Positions 38,810 to 50,140 of a stretch of 64,000 nt of DNA are shown here, piece by piece. How positions within the stretch are numbered: position 1 is the first letter of the stretch; every line of letters begins with the position of its first letter. The notes below the pieces were generated by a model. The model did not search any database, had not been told where the DNA came from, and saw only the letters and a program-made list of their open reading frames with translations. The translations under genes were made by a program, and so were the position numbers. Source of the DNA: Bacteroidota bacterium (GTDB lineage Bacteria > Bacteroidota > Ignavibacteria > Palsa-1295); NCBI GenBank assembly GCA_030706745.1, contig JAUZNX010000006.1, positions 140,998-204,997 on the forward strand. The letters are read 5' to 3'.

Positions 38810-40096
38810 CTACGTGATGCTTCCAGCGGGATAGAGCGCGGGAAAGATATACGGGACTGCTTTGATCGGAAAAGTTAGCCGAAGCGCGCCAAGCGGAGTG
38901 AGTGAAGTGACAAGTTCCAGTTTGGTGAGAGCCTGCGTAATTCTCCTTGCGGAGCGATCCGATGTACCAGTCAGCCTGGCTACCTCGCTTCGCGGAAGTT
39001 CTCCTCTTAAGAAAATCTCCGTAAGAAGATATTTCGCGCTCGTGTCGAGCACTCCTTGCAACGCAAGAAGTTCGACATATTGCGTAAGACGATCGAGCAT
39101 CGCGTTGGTCTCGAGCAGACCAGACATAAAGTTCACTTGATCGATTGCAACATCGAGCAAAAAATCGACGAAGTCATCCAGTCCGCGTTGCGAGAGATTG
39201 CCGCGTCCATCATAATTGTTGTAACGGGGTGCATCTGCGGCCTCCAGTGCTTTATAGTATTCCTCCCTTTTCCGCGCAATACCGCGGGAGAGCGACCACA
39301 GCCCATTACTATCCAGATCTGCCCTCATAAAATAGAGGTGCGTAAAAAGCCTGACAACCCGTCCATTCCCATCTAAGAAGGGATGGATCCACGCGAGTCG
39401 GTGATGTGCTGCAATAGCGGCGATAATTCTCTTCACGGAGCCGAGAGGAGTTGGAGAATAGACTTCGTGAAATCGCTCCATGAACTGAGGGATCGAGGAG
39501 TGCTGCGGCGGAACATGCTTGCCGACTTGCACATCATCCCGTCTAAATTTGCCTGGCACGACTTTCAGCACGTTGCCGGCAGTCGCACGGACTAATTTGA
39601 ATTCTTCCGGGAGCTTATCGTAAAAGCTTTTGTGCATGCTCAGGAGAAACTCCGGTGACGCAACATCGACATCTGAAGAATCTCGTAGCTCTCGCTCAAA
39701 CTGTTCCTGCACCTCGATATGTGCTCGCCCTTCAATCTGCAACGCCTTCTTGCGAGGCTCCGCAGAGTAATCGTTCTTTTGTGCGCGCTCGAGGTCCAAT
39801 GGATGCGTGACATTTCCCTCGATGAGATTGGAATAATAGCTATTCATCAGCCGAAGGAGCTGAGAGGTCTGACGCTGGGTGATGGGATGGAGTTTGCCCG
39901 AAAGCTGTTGCGATCGTTTGAGGAGTTCAACCGCTTTCTCTTCGAGACTTGGGCGGGCGGGCCACATCGGCTCCATTTGAGAGATTCCGCTGTACATGGG
40001 CATCACAGCCTTCCGGGCCACTGATTTCCCATTTAGCTTGGCACTTTTGGCCGACTTATTGGCCGACTTATTGGCCGACTTATTGGCCGACTTCAT
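38810..40096 (-). CDS. Fic family protein (Fic domain + C-terminal winged-helix) with a KSAN-repeat N-terminus encoded by a 12-nt tandem repeat. Alternative starts at internal Met residues (MPMYSG...).
   Basis: Fic motif HPFLDGNGRVVRL. ATG at 40096 confirmed. 428 aa. Confidence 0.8.
   Translation of the reverse strand: MKSANKSANKSANKSAKSAKLNGKSVARKAVMPMYSGISQMEPMWPARPSLEEKAVELLKRSQQLSGKLHPITQRQTSQLLRLMNSYYSNLIEGNVTHPLDLERAQKNDYSAEPRKKALQIEGRAHIEVQEQFERELRDSSDVDVASPEFLLSMHKSFYDKLPEEFKLVRATAGNVLKVVPGKFRRDDVQVGKHVPPQHSSIPQFMERFHEVYSPTPLGSVKRIIAAIAAHHRLAWIHPFLDGNGRVVRLFTHLYFMRADLDSNGLWSLSRGIARKREEYYKALEAADAPRYNNYDGRGNLSQRGLDDFVDFLLDVAIDQVNFMSGLLETNAMLDRLTQYVELLALQGVLDTSAKYLLTEIFLRGELPRSEVARLTGTSDRSARRITQALTKLELVTSLTPLGALRLTFPIKAVPYIFPALYPAGSIT
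40047..40093. repeat. 12-nt tandem repeat (TTGGCCGACTTA, about 4 copies) lying in-frame in the first codons of the Fic gene
   Basis: Read directly. Encodes (KSAN)n. Confidence 0.9.
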
Positions 40097-40232
40097 AATA
40101 AGTTATAATCCTCATAAATTAGCAAGATTAGCCGAATACGAACAGGAAACTTCAATCCCGGCAATCGAATTCCCGAGAAGTTGGACCGTTATTTTGGCCG
40201 AGTTGTGAGGTGGACCTTTGAGTGGATCTAAA

Positions 40233-40285
40233 GGACATAAACCATTGGAACTCTATTACGTTTGGCTTTGCCAAACGTAATAGAG
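40233..40285. repeat. Perfect palindrome: 25-bp stem with 3-nt loop (ccattggaactctattacgtttggc ttt gccaaacgtaatagagttccaatgg)
   Basis: Read directly, no mismatches. Confidence 0.9.
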
Positions 40286-40299
40286 TTCCAATGGTAGCA

Positions 40300-40335
40300 G
40301 AAGCACATGCAAGCGGCTGTTCGCTTAAGCGAACA
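40300..40335. repeat. Perfect 36-nt palindrome (gcaagcggctgttcgctt|aagcgaacagccgcttgc)
   Basis: Read directly, no mismatches. 14 nt downstream of the first palindrome. Confidence 0.9.
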
Positions 40336-40397
40336 GCCGCTTGCAGCAAAGTGATTCCAGCTTAGGGAATAGCGAAGAGTGAAACTTCTCAGTGTTC

Positions 40398-40542
40398 GCG
40401 TGGGCCGAACTCGCGCCCCGGGTCACATCGGCGCGGGGGCTGGCGGGTCTTTGGAGCCTCAGCCATGCCACCAATAGCATGATAGGTCATCCCTAATTGC
40501 TCATTGCAACGCTGGCAAACGAACAGGGTGGTGCTACCGGGA
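40398..40542. repeat. Direct repeat R2 (~145 nt, with an approximately 22-nt internal insertion relative to R1), 50 nt upstream of the AbrB-like gene
   Basis: Same sequence blocks as R1. Confidence 0.85.
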
Positions 40543-40591
40543 GTTCGGGCGCCTTCAACGAATGTGGTCTCGCTCGTGTTATGGAATCACT

Positions 40592-40810
40592 ATGGACCGC
40601 ATTGATTTTGAAGGCACGGTAGAGGGCGATGGCATCATCCGCATCCCCGCTGAGTATAAGCGCGAGCTTGTGAAGGGCGAGACGGTGCATGTATCGCTCT
40701 CCGTTGGTAAGCGCCGCACCCGCCTTGTCGATCGTATGATCAATCATCCCGTTCCCGTCGATGAGTTCACACCCTTGACGCGCGAAGAGATATACGACCG
40801 TACGATTTGA
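40592..40810 (+). CDS. AbrB/MazE/SpoVT-fold (swapped-hairpin) DNA-binding protein, orphan
   Basis: MDRIDFEGTVEGDGIIRIPAEYKRELVKGETVHVSL resembles the AbrB/MazE N-terminal domain. About 72 aa from the internal ATG. Confidence 0.55.
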   Translation: MDRIDFEGTVEGDGIIRIPAEYKRELVKGETVHVSLSVGKRRTRLVDRMINHPVPVDEFTPLTREEIYDRTI

Positions 40811-41081
40811 TCTTCCTCGACTCTACTCCGAAGACATGCAGAATGGCATGCGCATCCGCAATCGGATGACCGTTCGGAATCCGTTTGCGTAGTCCTGTGC
40901 GCTTCTGCGCGCAAGCTAAAGCATGCGCTACACTGGAATTATTGCGCCCAATCCCCCGTTTCCCGCCAGTTCAAAAAGTTTACATAACAGCTCCAACGAG
41001 GAGCAAGCTGTCCGGCGGCTTTGATAGCGCGAGGTTCCGGGCAGATGTTCAATTTCACGGCGCTATACGACATTACTTATA

Positions 41082-41349
<268 letters not shown>

Positions 41350-41351
<2 letters not shown>

Positions 41352-41466
41352 TGGATAGTTGATAGTGGAGAGTGGATAGTTCTACTCGTCTGCTATCTTC
41401 TTTGTGGCATGGCCGCATGAACGGCCCTGCACACTATCCACTTTCCACTATACACTATCCACTATA
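41350..41466 (+). promoter_or_regulatory. rpsO–pnp intergenic long hairpin (about 31-bp imperfect stem of GTGGATAGT-type units, about 54-nt loop containing a GGCCG/CGGCC sub-hairpin) ending at the pnp ATG
   Basis: Left arm agtggatagttgatagtggagagtggatagtt pairs with right arm cactatccactttccactatacactatccactata. Confidence 0.7.
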
Positions 41467-43728
41467 ATGAAATACGACGTACAGTACGGCAACGGCAAAT
41501 CGATGCAGTTCGATGTAGGCCGGTATGCCAAGCAATCGAACGGATCCGTGATGGTCCGTCTCGGCGACACGATGTCGCTGGTCAACGCAGTCGCCGCCGA
41601 AAAGGAAAAAGAAGGCATTGACTTTATGCCGCTGCAGGTAGAATTCCGCGAGCGCGCGGCTGCCGCCGGCAAGATTCCGGGAGGCTACTTCAAGCGCGAA
41701 GCCCGCCCAACCGAGAAAGAAATTCTCTCCGCCCGTCAGATCGATCGTCCGATCCGCCCGATGTTCCCGAAGGACTGGCGCGTCGAGACGCAGATCGTCG
41801 CGACCATCTTCTGTTCCGATCAGGAGCACGATGCCGACACGATCACCGCAACTGCGGCCTCGCTTGCGCTGCTCATCTCCGACATTCCATTCGAAGAGCC
41901 GGTCGCGGAAGTACGCATTGCACGCGTCAACGGCCAGATCATCATCGATCCGACCTACACCGAACTTCAAACGGCTGACTACGAGTTCGTCGTCGCCGGG
42001 ACGAAGGATTCGATCCTGATGGTTGAAGGCGAGTCGCACGAGATCAGCGAGACCGAGTTTATCGAAGCGCTCCGCGCCGGCTCGAACGCCGTTCGTGAAC
42101 TCTGCATCGGTCAGGAGCGCATCGTCAAAGAGTGTGGCCTCGCAAAGCCGAAGCGCATCAAGGACGAGCACATCATGGACCCGGCGCTCATCGCGCAGGT
42201 CGAAGCCCTTGCCGCGCCAAAGCTGCGCGAGCTTGCCAAGACTGTGCTCGCAAAGGAAGAACGCTCACTGCAAACGCACTCGGCCCGTGACGCAACACGC
42301 AAGGCACTCACCGAGACTGTCGGCGAGTTGCAGTTCGAGCACATCCGCGGCGATGTCGATCATATCCTGTATGACATCGAGAAGCGTGAGATGCGTAATA
42401 TGATCCTGGATAACAACCATCGTCTCGATGGACGTAACTCCACGCAAATTCGTCCGATCGAGTGCGAAGTTGCCGTTCTGCCACGCGTGCATGGCTCTGC
42501 TGTCTTCCAACGCGGTGAGACGCAATCGCTGACAAGCTGCACGCTTGGCACCAAGCGCGACGAGCAGAACATCGAGGGTCTCTTCCCCGAGACGACCAAG
42601 CGGTTCATGCTGCATTACAATTTCCCGCCGTATTCCGTCGGTGAGGTTGGACGTTACAGCGGAACCGGTCGCCGCGAAATCGGCCACGGCAATCTCGCCG
42701 AGCGCGCGATCAAGTTGCTGCTTCCGACCGTCGAAGAATTTCCATATACGCTCCGTATCGTGAGCGATATTCTCGAAAGCAACGGATCGAGTTCCATGGC
42801 GACGGTTTGCGCCGGCACGCTGGCACTCTTCGATGCTGGTGTACCGCTGAAGAAGCCCGTGAGCGGCATTGCGATGGGCCTCATCAAGGAAGGTGATCGC
42901 GTCGCGATCCTTTCGGACATTCTCGGTAACGAGGATCATCTTGGCGACATGGACTTCAAAGTCTGCGGCACGCGTGATGGTATCACCGCCTGCCAGATGG
43001 ATATGAAGATCAAGGGCATCGACTTCGATCTGCTCGAGAAGGCGCTGATGCAAGCGCGCGATGGCCGCTTGCACATTCTCGGCAAGATGGCGGAGGCTCT
43101 CTCGGGACCGAAATCCGAGCTCTCGCAATACGCGCCGCGTCTCACGACAGTCAAGGTGCCGGTCGATTGTATCGGACTCGTCATCGGACCTGGTGGCAAG
43201 ACGATCCGCCAGATTCAGGCCGATGCTGGCGTCGAGATCAACATCGAGGAAGATGGAACGGTCACGATCGCTGCGCTTTCGGGCGAGGCGTCGGATCGCG
43301 CAAAGCAGTTTATTATGGCGCTCGTCGCGGAGCCGGAAGAAGGCGGGACCTACTCCGGTCGCGTCACCCAGGTCCGCGAAGGACTGGGTGCGATCGTCGA
43401 ATTCCTTCCCAAGAAGGAAGGCTTGCTCCATATTTCGGAGATCGATTACCAGCGCGTCGAGAACGTCTCGGATGTCATCCAGGTGGGTGATGTCTTTGAC
43501 GTAAAGCTCATCGCTGTCAAGCCCGACGGCAAGTTCTCGCTGTCGCGCAAGGCGTTGCTTCCGGTACCGGAAGGCTACGAGGAGCGTCCACGTGAGCGCC
43601 GCGAAGGCGGCGGCGACCGCGGTGGTTACGGCGACCGACGCGGTGGCGGCGATCGTCGTGGCGGCGGAGATCGCGGCGGCGACCGGCGCAATGGAGGTGG
43701 CGGCGGATTCCGCGACCGAAGGAATTAA
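41467..43728 (+). CDS. pnp: Polyribonucleotide nucleotidyltransferase (PNPase) with RGG/RGD-rich C-terminal tail
   Basis: Two RNase PH domains, KH and S1 domains. ATG 41467 confirmed. Tail ...GGGDRGGYGDRRGGGDRRGGGDRGGDRRNGGGGGFRDRRN. Confidence 0.95.
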   Translation: MKYDVQYGNGKSMQFDVGRYAKQSNGSVMVRLGDTMSLVNAVAAEKEKEGIDFMPLQVEFRERAAAAGKIPGGYFKREARPTEKEILSARQIDRPIRPMFPKDWRVETQIVATIFCSDQEHDADTITATAASLALLISDIPFEEPVAEVRIARVNGQIIIDPTYTELQTADYEFVVAGTKDSILMVEGESHEISETEFIEALRAGSNAVRELCIGQERIVKECGLAKPKRIKDEHIMDPALIAQVEALAAPKLRELAKTVLAKEERSLQTHSARDATRKALTETVGELQFEHIRGDVDHILYDIEKREMRNMILDNNHRLDGRNSTQIRPIECEVAVLPRVHGSAVFQRGETQSLTSCTLGTKRDEQNIEGLFPETTKRFMLHYNFPPYSVGEVGRYSGTGRREIGHGNLAERAIKLLLPTVEEFPYTLRIVSDILESNGSSSMATVCAGTLALFDAGVPLKKPVSGIAMGLIKEGDRVAILSDILGNEDHLGDMDFKVCGTRDGITACQMDMKIKGIDFDLLEKALMQARDGRLHILGKMAEALSGPKSELSQYAPRLTTVKVPVDCIGLVIGPGGKTIRQIQADAGVEINIEEDGTVTIAALSGEASDRAKQFIMALVAEPEEGGTYSGRVTQVREGLGAIVEFLPKKEGLLHISEIDYQRVENVSDVIQVGDVFDVKLIAVKPDGKFSLSRKALLPVPEGYEERPRERREGGGDRGGYGDRRGGGDRRGGGDRGGDRRNGGGGGFRDRRN

Positions 43729-43746
43729 GCGAACGCGCTGAATTTC

Positions 43747-43785
43747 AAAACCCCTCTTCCATTCGAAGAGGGGTTTTTATTTTTG
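43747..43785. terminator. Rho-independent (potentially bidirectional) terminator after pnp
   Basis: aaaaCCCCTCTTCcattcGAAGAGGGGtttttatttt. Confidence 0.85.
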
Positions 43786-43807
43786 CTACTGGCTGAATCG
43801 TATATTT

Positions 43808-44572
43808 GTGGTCATGAGCTACTGGTCATCAGAAGTTGCCGCCGATTTCTACGCCAAGGGCAGGCCGTATTTCCATCCATCCGTTGTCGCACAAGTTGCA
43901 GAGTTTCTGAAGGATCATGTTCCCTTCAACAATGCGCTGGATGTGGGATGCGGAACAGGCCTCTCTTCACGAGCCCTTCAGCAAGTCGCTTCACAGGTTC
44001 GAGGGATTGACACCTCACCTGAAATGTTGCGCCACGTGCCCACGGCACCACACCTTGCTTTCGCGCAAGCTCCGGGCGAGGCCATTCCGTTCGAGGATAA
44101 CTCGTTCGATCTCATTACACTTGCGCAGTCGTTTCACTGGCTCGATCGAGCGAAATTCTTCAGCGAAGCAAGACGGGTACTCAAGAGCCGTGGCTGGATC
44201 GTTGTGTACGATAACTACTTCTCCGCGATGATGCAGGAAAAACCTGACTTTCAGCCTTGGTTTGCAGAATATCTATCTCGTTTTCCGACACCTCCACGAC
44301 CAAGAGTCCAATTCACACCTGAGGACGCGAATGCGGAGGGTTTTGACTTCGTGCATAAATCGATGCACGAGGAATGGCCGGAGTTTACTAAAGAATCATT
44401 GACAGCCTACCTGCTCACACAGAGCAACATCAGCGCCGCGATGGAGCGAGGCGAGCCGCTTGAATCGATTACCGATTGGATGGGCTCTGAATTATCGAGG
44501 TTTATCCCTGAAAGTGGCAGCGTTCATATTGGATTCGGAAGTCCGATTTGGTATCTACGCAAAGTCAGCTAA
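43808..44572 (+). CDS. Class I SAM-dependent methyltransferase
   Basis: LDVGCGTGLSSRAL motif I. Confidence 0.75.
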   Translation: MVMSYWSSEVAADFYAKGRPYFHPSVVAQVAEFLKDHVPFNNALDVGCGTGLSSRALQQVASQVRGIDTSPEMLRHVPTAPHLAFAQAPGEAIPFEDNSFDLITLAQSFHWLDRAKFFSEARRVLKSRGWIVVYDNYFSAMMQEKPDFQPWFAEYLSRFPTPPRPRVQFTPEDANAEGFDFVHKSMHEEWPEFTKESLTAYLLTQSNISAAMERGEPLESITDWMGSELSRFIPESGSVHIGFGSPIWYLRKVS

Positions 44573-45233
44573 CGTGTTGAGTCTCCCGCCGAAAGAGTCG
44601 ATACGAATATATCACCGTGCTAATGACAAGCACAATCAATGTACCAAATGCGATGAAGAAGCTAATGGATTGAAACACGAGCGAGAGAACAATTCCCAAC
44701 AAAGATCCACGTACCCACCACTTACCTGCGAAGGCATGCGTCCGCCGCCAGTTCTCTTCACTATCGAGCGTCCAAGGTAAGCGAATGCCTATAAGATAAT
44801 TCTGCTTCAACTTCGGCATCAAGAAGCCCAGCATACAAAAGAGCACCAGCAGACCAATCCCGATGAATGGCATCGCATCGAACGTCGGATTCAGCGTCGT
44901 CGCGAGCATGCGACCAAACACACACGTAAGAAACGCGGCAATTGCGAACCGTATCCAGCGATAGGCCGGCAAGGAAGCCGCGATGTTCGCTTGCTTCGGA
45001 TCGATGCGCGGAATGAAGTAAAGCAGAATCGCAACGAGCAGGTTGATGCCGGGCAGGATCAGCAACTCTATAGGAATGCCGTAACGGTTCACAATCCCGT
45101 GCGAGTCGACGTGCATCGGCACTTGTGCCGGAAGTGATGGCCAGATGATTACGAAGACAACAAACGGCAAAAGAACGACCAGGGCAGTCGGCCACTCGCG
45201 GCGGAAGAGAGAACTGGGATTTGTGGGATTCAT
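44565..45233 (-). CDS. SdpI/YhfL-family (DUF1648 + SdpI) membrane protein
   Basis: Polytopic protein; GIRLPWTLDSEENWRRTHAFAGKWW matches the SdpI-family core. Confidence 0.6.
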   Translation of the reverse strand: MNPTNPSSLFRREWPTALVVLLPFVVFVIIWPSLPAQVPMHVDSHGIVNRYGIPIELLILPGINLLVAILLYFIPRIDPKQANIAASLPAYRWIRFAIAAFLTCVFGRMLATTLNPTFDAMPFIGIGLLVLFCMLGFLMPKLKQNYLIGIRLPWTLDSEENWRRTHAFAGKWWVRGSLLGIVLSLVFQSISFFIAFGTLIVLVISTVIYSYRLFRRETQHVS

Positions 45234-45266
45234 GGTAAGAATCGGCAGACAAAACCAGGTAGTGCG

Positions 45267-45506
45267 CTACGACACTGCTTCCATCTCACGCGTGTGCAGA
45301 ATCTCATGTCCGGTAAACGGCCGAACATCCGCTCGTTCCAGTGTCAGCACATCGATGGTCTTGCCTCCGGCGGTCATAAATTCTACTTCAAATGCCTTCC
45401 CATCAGCATAAACCCCGACTACCGTGCCAATATCACCGCGCGCAAGTCCCAGATCGTCGATGTCATGCTCGAGAACGACAAGATCATGTTCTTTAATCAT
45501 CTTCAA
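45267..45506 (-). CDS. DUF4926-like small protein
   Basis: 79 aa; VVLEHDIDDLGLARGDIGTVVGVYADGKAFEVEF pattern. Confidence 0.5.
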   Translation of the reverse strand: MKMIKEHDLVVLEHDIDDLGLARGDIGTVVGVYADGKAFEVEFMTAGGKTIDVLTLERADVRPFTGHEILHTREMEAVS

Positions 45507-45515
45507 TGGTCCCTA

Positions 45516-45847
45516 TTATAAAGGATAAGCCGAGATTAGGCGTGGTATGGTTCCACCACGGTCGATCATCCAGATGGTCCTCAAAGACAGTGGCAACCCG
45601 TTGGGAGTCCGAAGTCGCCCTTCCACGACAAATTTCATCCCGTGTACGGTTTCGGATGATTGAGTCACGGGATTTTCCTGTGCTACTTGAAGGAGTGCTT
45701 GTCTCAACTCATCCAGGCGTTCGACGCTAAATCCACGGGAAAAGAATACAACAGCCTTCTCCTTACCTTCGGCATGAGTGGTTGAAAGGAGATACTCTGT
45801 TAGCTTTGAGTCGGCAACAACTGCCCGCTCCACATTCGGCAGCTTCA

Positions 45848-45848
<1 letters not shown>
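45516..45848 (-). CDS. DUF6883-like protein (start refined to MKLPNVERAVVADSKLTEYLLS...)
   Basis: Usual partner of DUF4926 genes. Its ATG overlaps the gyrB stop (TGATG). Confidence 0.45.
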
Positions 45849-47881
<2,033 letters not shown>

Positions 47882-48148
47882 TCAAAAATCCGTGAATAAC
47901 CGTATTTGAATCCCTCGGATCAGGGGCTGCGCGCAACGATGGTTGCGCTCTACTCCGAGGTGCCCAATATGAACGCCAAAATCGCTCGAAATGCACCTAA
48001 AAACAGCGATTTTTGGCTGTTGAGAGAACACAAAATATGGGGGTAAGAGTCCCCTTTATGAGGGTTGCGGACATAAGATTTCTTGAGGGTGTAACTTTCC
48101 GAATTATCTGAGGTTCTTATTACAACTTAACCAATCTGGAAACACCCA

Positions 48149-48967
48149 ATGAAGTCATTCCTGGTGGTCCTTTCGGCATTCGCGGCTCTCAGCTTCCTCT
48201 CGTGCCGGACTCAAACGCTGGCGCCGGATACGGGGATGGCGACGGTCAAGGGTATCGTTTCGCTGGCTAATGCCTATGATTCGTACACGCCGCCCTACAG
48301 CGGCGTGCAAATCTCTTTCGAAGGCACTGCGATCTCTACCATCACGAATGATAGCGGAATATTCCAACTTAATGGAGTACCGGAAGGCACCTACAACGTC
48401 CGATTTTCCAAAAACGGGTACGGAGAGGTTCGATGGATTGGAAAAATGATCGAGGGGGGTGGCAATTCGACGATTTACCTGAACGGACCACAGGATCCGT
48501 ATTACAGGAATCCAACACTTTATAAACAACCGGAATTGGTACTGAGCCTTCACTCCGCATACGTGGTGGATACAACAATCATGGGGTACGGCCACAGCTA
48601 TCTCATCTTGCGAGGAGGATATGGGGGAAGCACGCCTATTACCATGGGCGGAATAGCCGTATACATCTCGCACTCATCAGACGTCTCTTCGAGTTTGGGA
48701 CACTACTCTGCGTATTACTACCATTACTATCCAGGGGCCCAAAACTTGTACGATACAACTTCCATGACCTTTTGGGAGCCAATCGACCTTCTGACAATCA
48801 AGAGCGAAGGGTTTCAATCAGGTGATTCTGTTTACATAGCAGTTTATGGCGCACCCATCGTTGGAGCGAGCCCACCAAATGATTATTACGATCCAGCAAC
48901 TCGCAAGTACGTTCTCACGTCTCTCAACCAAACTCCATCGCCCGTTCTCGGATTCAAGGTTCCGTAG
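48149..48967 (+). CDS. Lipoprotein with CarboxypepD_reg-like domain
   Basis: Lipobox LSC. GIFQLNGVPEGTYNVRFSKNGYGE. Confidence 0.55.
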   Translation: MKSFLVVLSAFAALSFLSCRTQTLAPDTGMATVKGIVSLANAYDSYTPPYSGVQISFEGTAISTITNDSGIFQLNGVPEGTYNVRFSKNGYGEVRWIGKMIEGGGNSTIYLNGPQDPYYRNPTLYKQPELVLSLHSAYVVDTTIMGYGHSYLILRGGYGGSTPITMGGIAVYISHSSDVSSSLGHYSAYYYHYYPGAQNLYDTTSMTFWEPIDLLTIKSEGFQSGDSVYIAVYGAPIVGASPPNDYYDPATRKYVLTSLNQTPSPVLGFKVP

Positions 48968-49042
48968 CAGAAGCAATATGCGTGAGCGCGATGGCCGACG
49001 GCGAACTTGTGACGCGGAGCTTCGTCAACGAATAGGTAATCC

Positions 49043-50140
49043 GTGATTACCGATAGTGGTGAGAGCCATAAGCCCCGAGTCCGCGAACTCATCCTCCGCT
49101 TTGGATGGAATTCGACCTGCTACCAACTGCTGAATCCGGGCTTTGAGTATTGGTTCAGCGAGCGGCATGTGGCTGTCGTCGGGTACGTCCAATTCTCGGG
49201 CACACGGATCGTTGGCGGCGCACCGGTCTGTGCCGATGACGTAATTAACGATGTCGTGCAAGAATTCGAAGCCGATGCCCGCTCGCATGGACTTCGCGTT
49301 TGCTACTTCGCAAGCGAAGCGCGGCTTGAACGCGAGATCGCCAGCAAGCCCGGCTATTCGGTGTTGCTCCTGGGTGCCCAGCCGGTTTGGCGACCGGCGG
49401 AGTTGGCGCGCGAGATGGAGGAGAAGCGCTCGCTCCGCACACAGTTGCACCGCGCGTGGAATAAGGGCGTGATAGTCGAGCGATGGAACGCAGACAAGGC
49501 AACCGACCATCCTGGTCTGCATGCGCTCCTGCACGATTGGCTCGAAACGCGTGGGCTTCCCAGCCTCCATTTCCTCGTGGAGCCGGAAACGCTCTCGAAT
49601 CTCTCTGATCGCCGACTCTTCGTTGCCTTTCGCGGCACGGAGTTGCTTGGTTTCCTGAATATCTCGCCGGTACCCGAGCGCAATGGCTGGCTCGTCGAGC
49701 AGTTCGTCCGTTCGCCAAACGCTCCGAACGGGACGGTCGAGTTGATGCTGCACACCGCAGCCGAACAACTCGCCGAGGATGGGTTCGACTACTTGACACT
49801 CGGACTTTCGCCGCTCATTCCCTTTGGTGGATATCTGCCGGAGGCTCCGCCCGCTTTCATTCGTTTCTTACTTCGCTGGGCTCGCGCTCACGGCAAGCGA
49901 TTCTATGATTTCGAGGGCCTGGAATTCTTCAAGGCAAAGTTCGAGCCCGAGAGCTGGGAGCCGATCTATGCGATCGCGAACGAGCCGAGATTCTCCGTAC
50001 GCACGCTGTACTCGATCGCATGTGCCTTCACGCGCGGCAGACCAATCCGGACGGTGTTCGAGGGATTCCTGCGAGCAGCGAGGCAGGAGCTTTCGTGGTT
50101 GCGCCGCAAGGCGAAGTCCGTTAATCGCGTCCCCACATGA
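49043..50140 (+). CDS. DUF2156 / phosphatidylglycerol lysyltransferase C-terminal-domain protein (MprF C-terminal-like)
   Basis: ...RFYDFEGLEFFKAKFEPE motif. GTG start. Confidence 0.6.
   Translation: MITDSGESHKPRVRELILRFGWNSTCYQLLNPGFEYWFSERHVAVVGYVQFSGTRIVGGAPVCADDVINDVVQEFEADARSHGLRVCYFASEARLEREIASKPGYSVLLLGAQPVWRPAELAREMEEKRSLRTQLHRAWNKGVIVERWNADKATDHPGLHALLHDWLETRGLPSLHFLVEPETLSNLSDRRLFVAFRGTELLGFLNISPVPERNGWLVEQFVRSPNAPNGTVELMLHTAAEQLAEDGFDYLTLGLSPLIPFGGYLPEAPPAFIRFLLRWARAHGKRFYDFEGLEFFKAKFEPESWEPIYAIANEPRFSVRTLYSIACAFTRGRPIRTVFEGFLRAARQELSWLRRKAKSVNRVPT

Noticed and set aside
40500-40545. Possible tRNA T-arm-like GAGTTCGGGCG inside the R repeats, raising the idea of a tRNA-derived att site
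   Set aside because: I could not fold a flanking acceptor or T stem, and there is no D-arm or anticodon arm. No tRNA gene is recognisable anywhere in the window.
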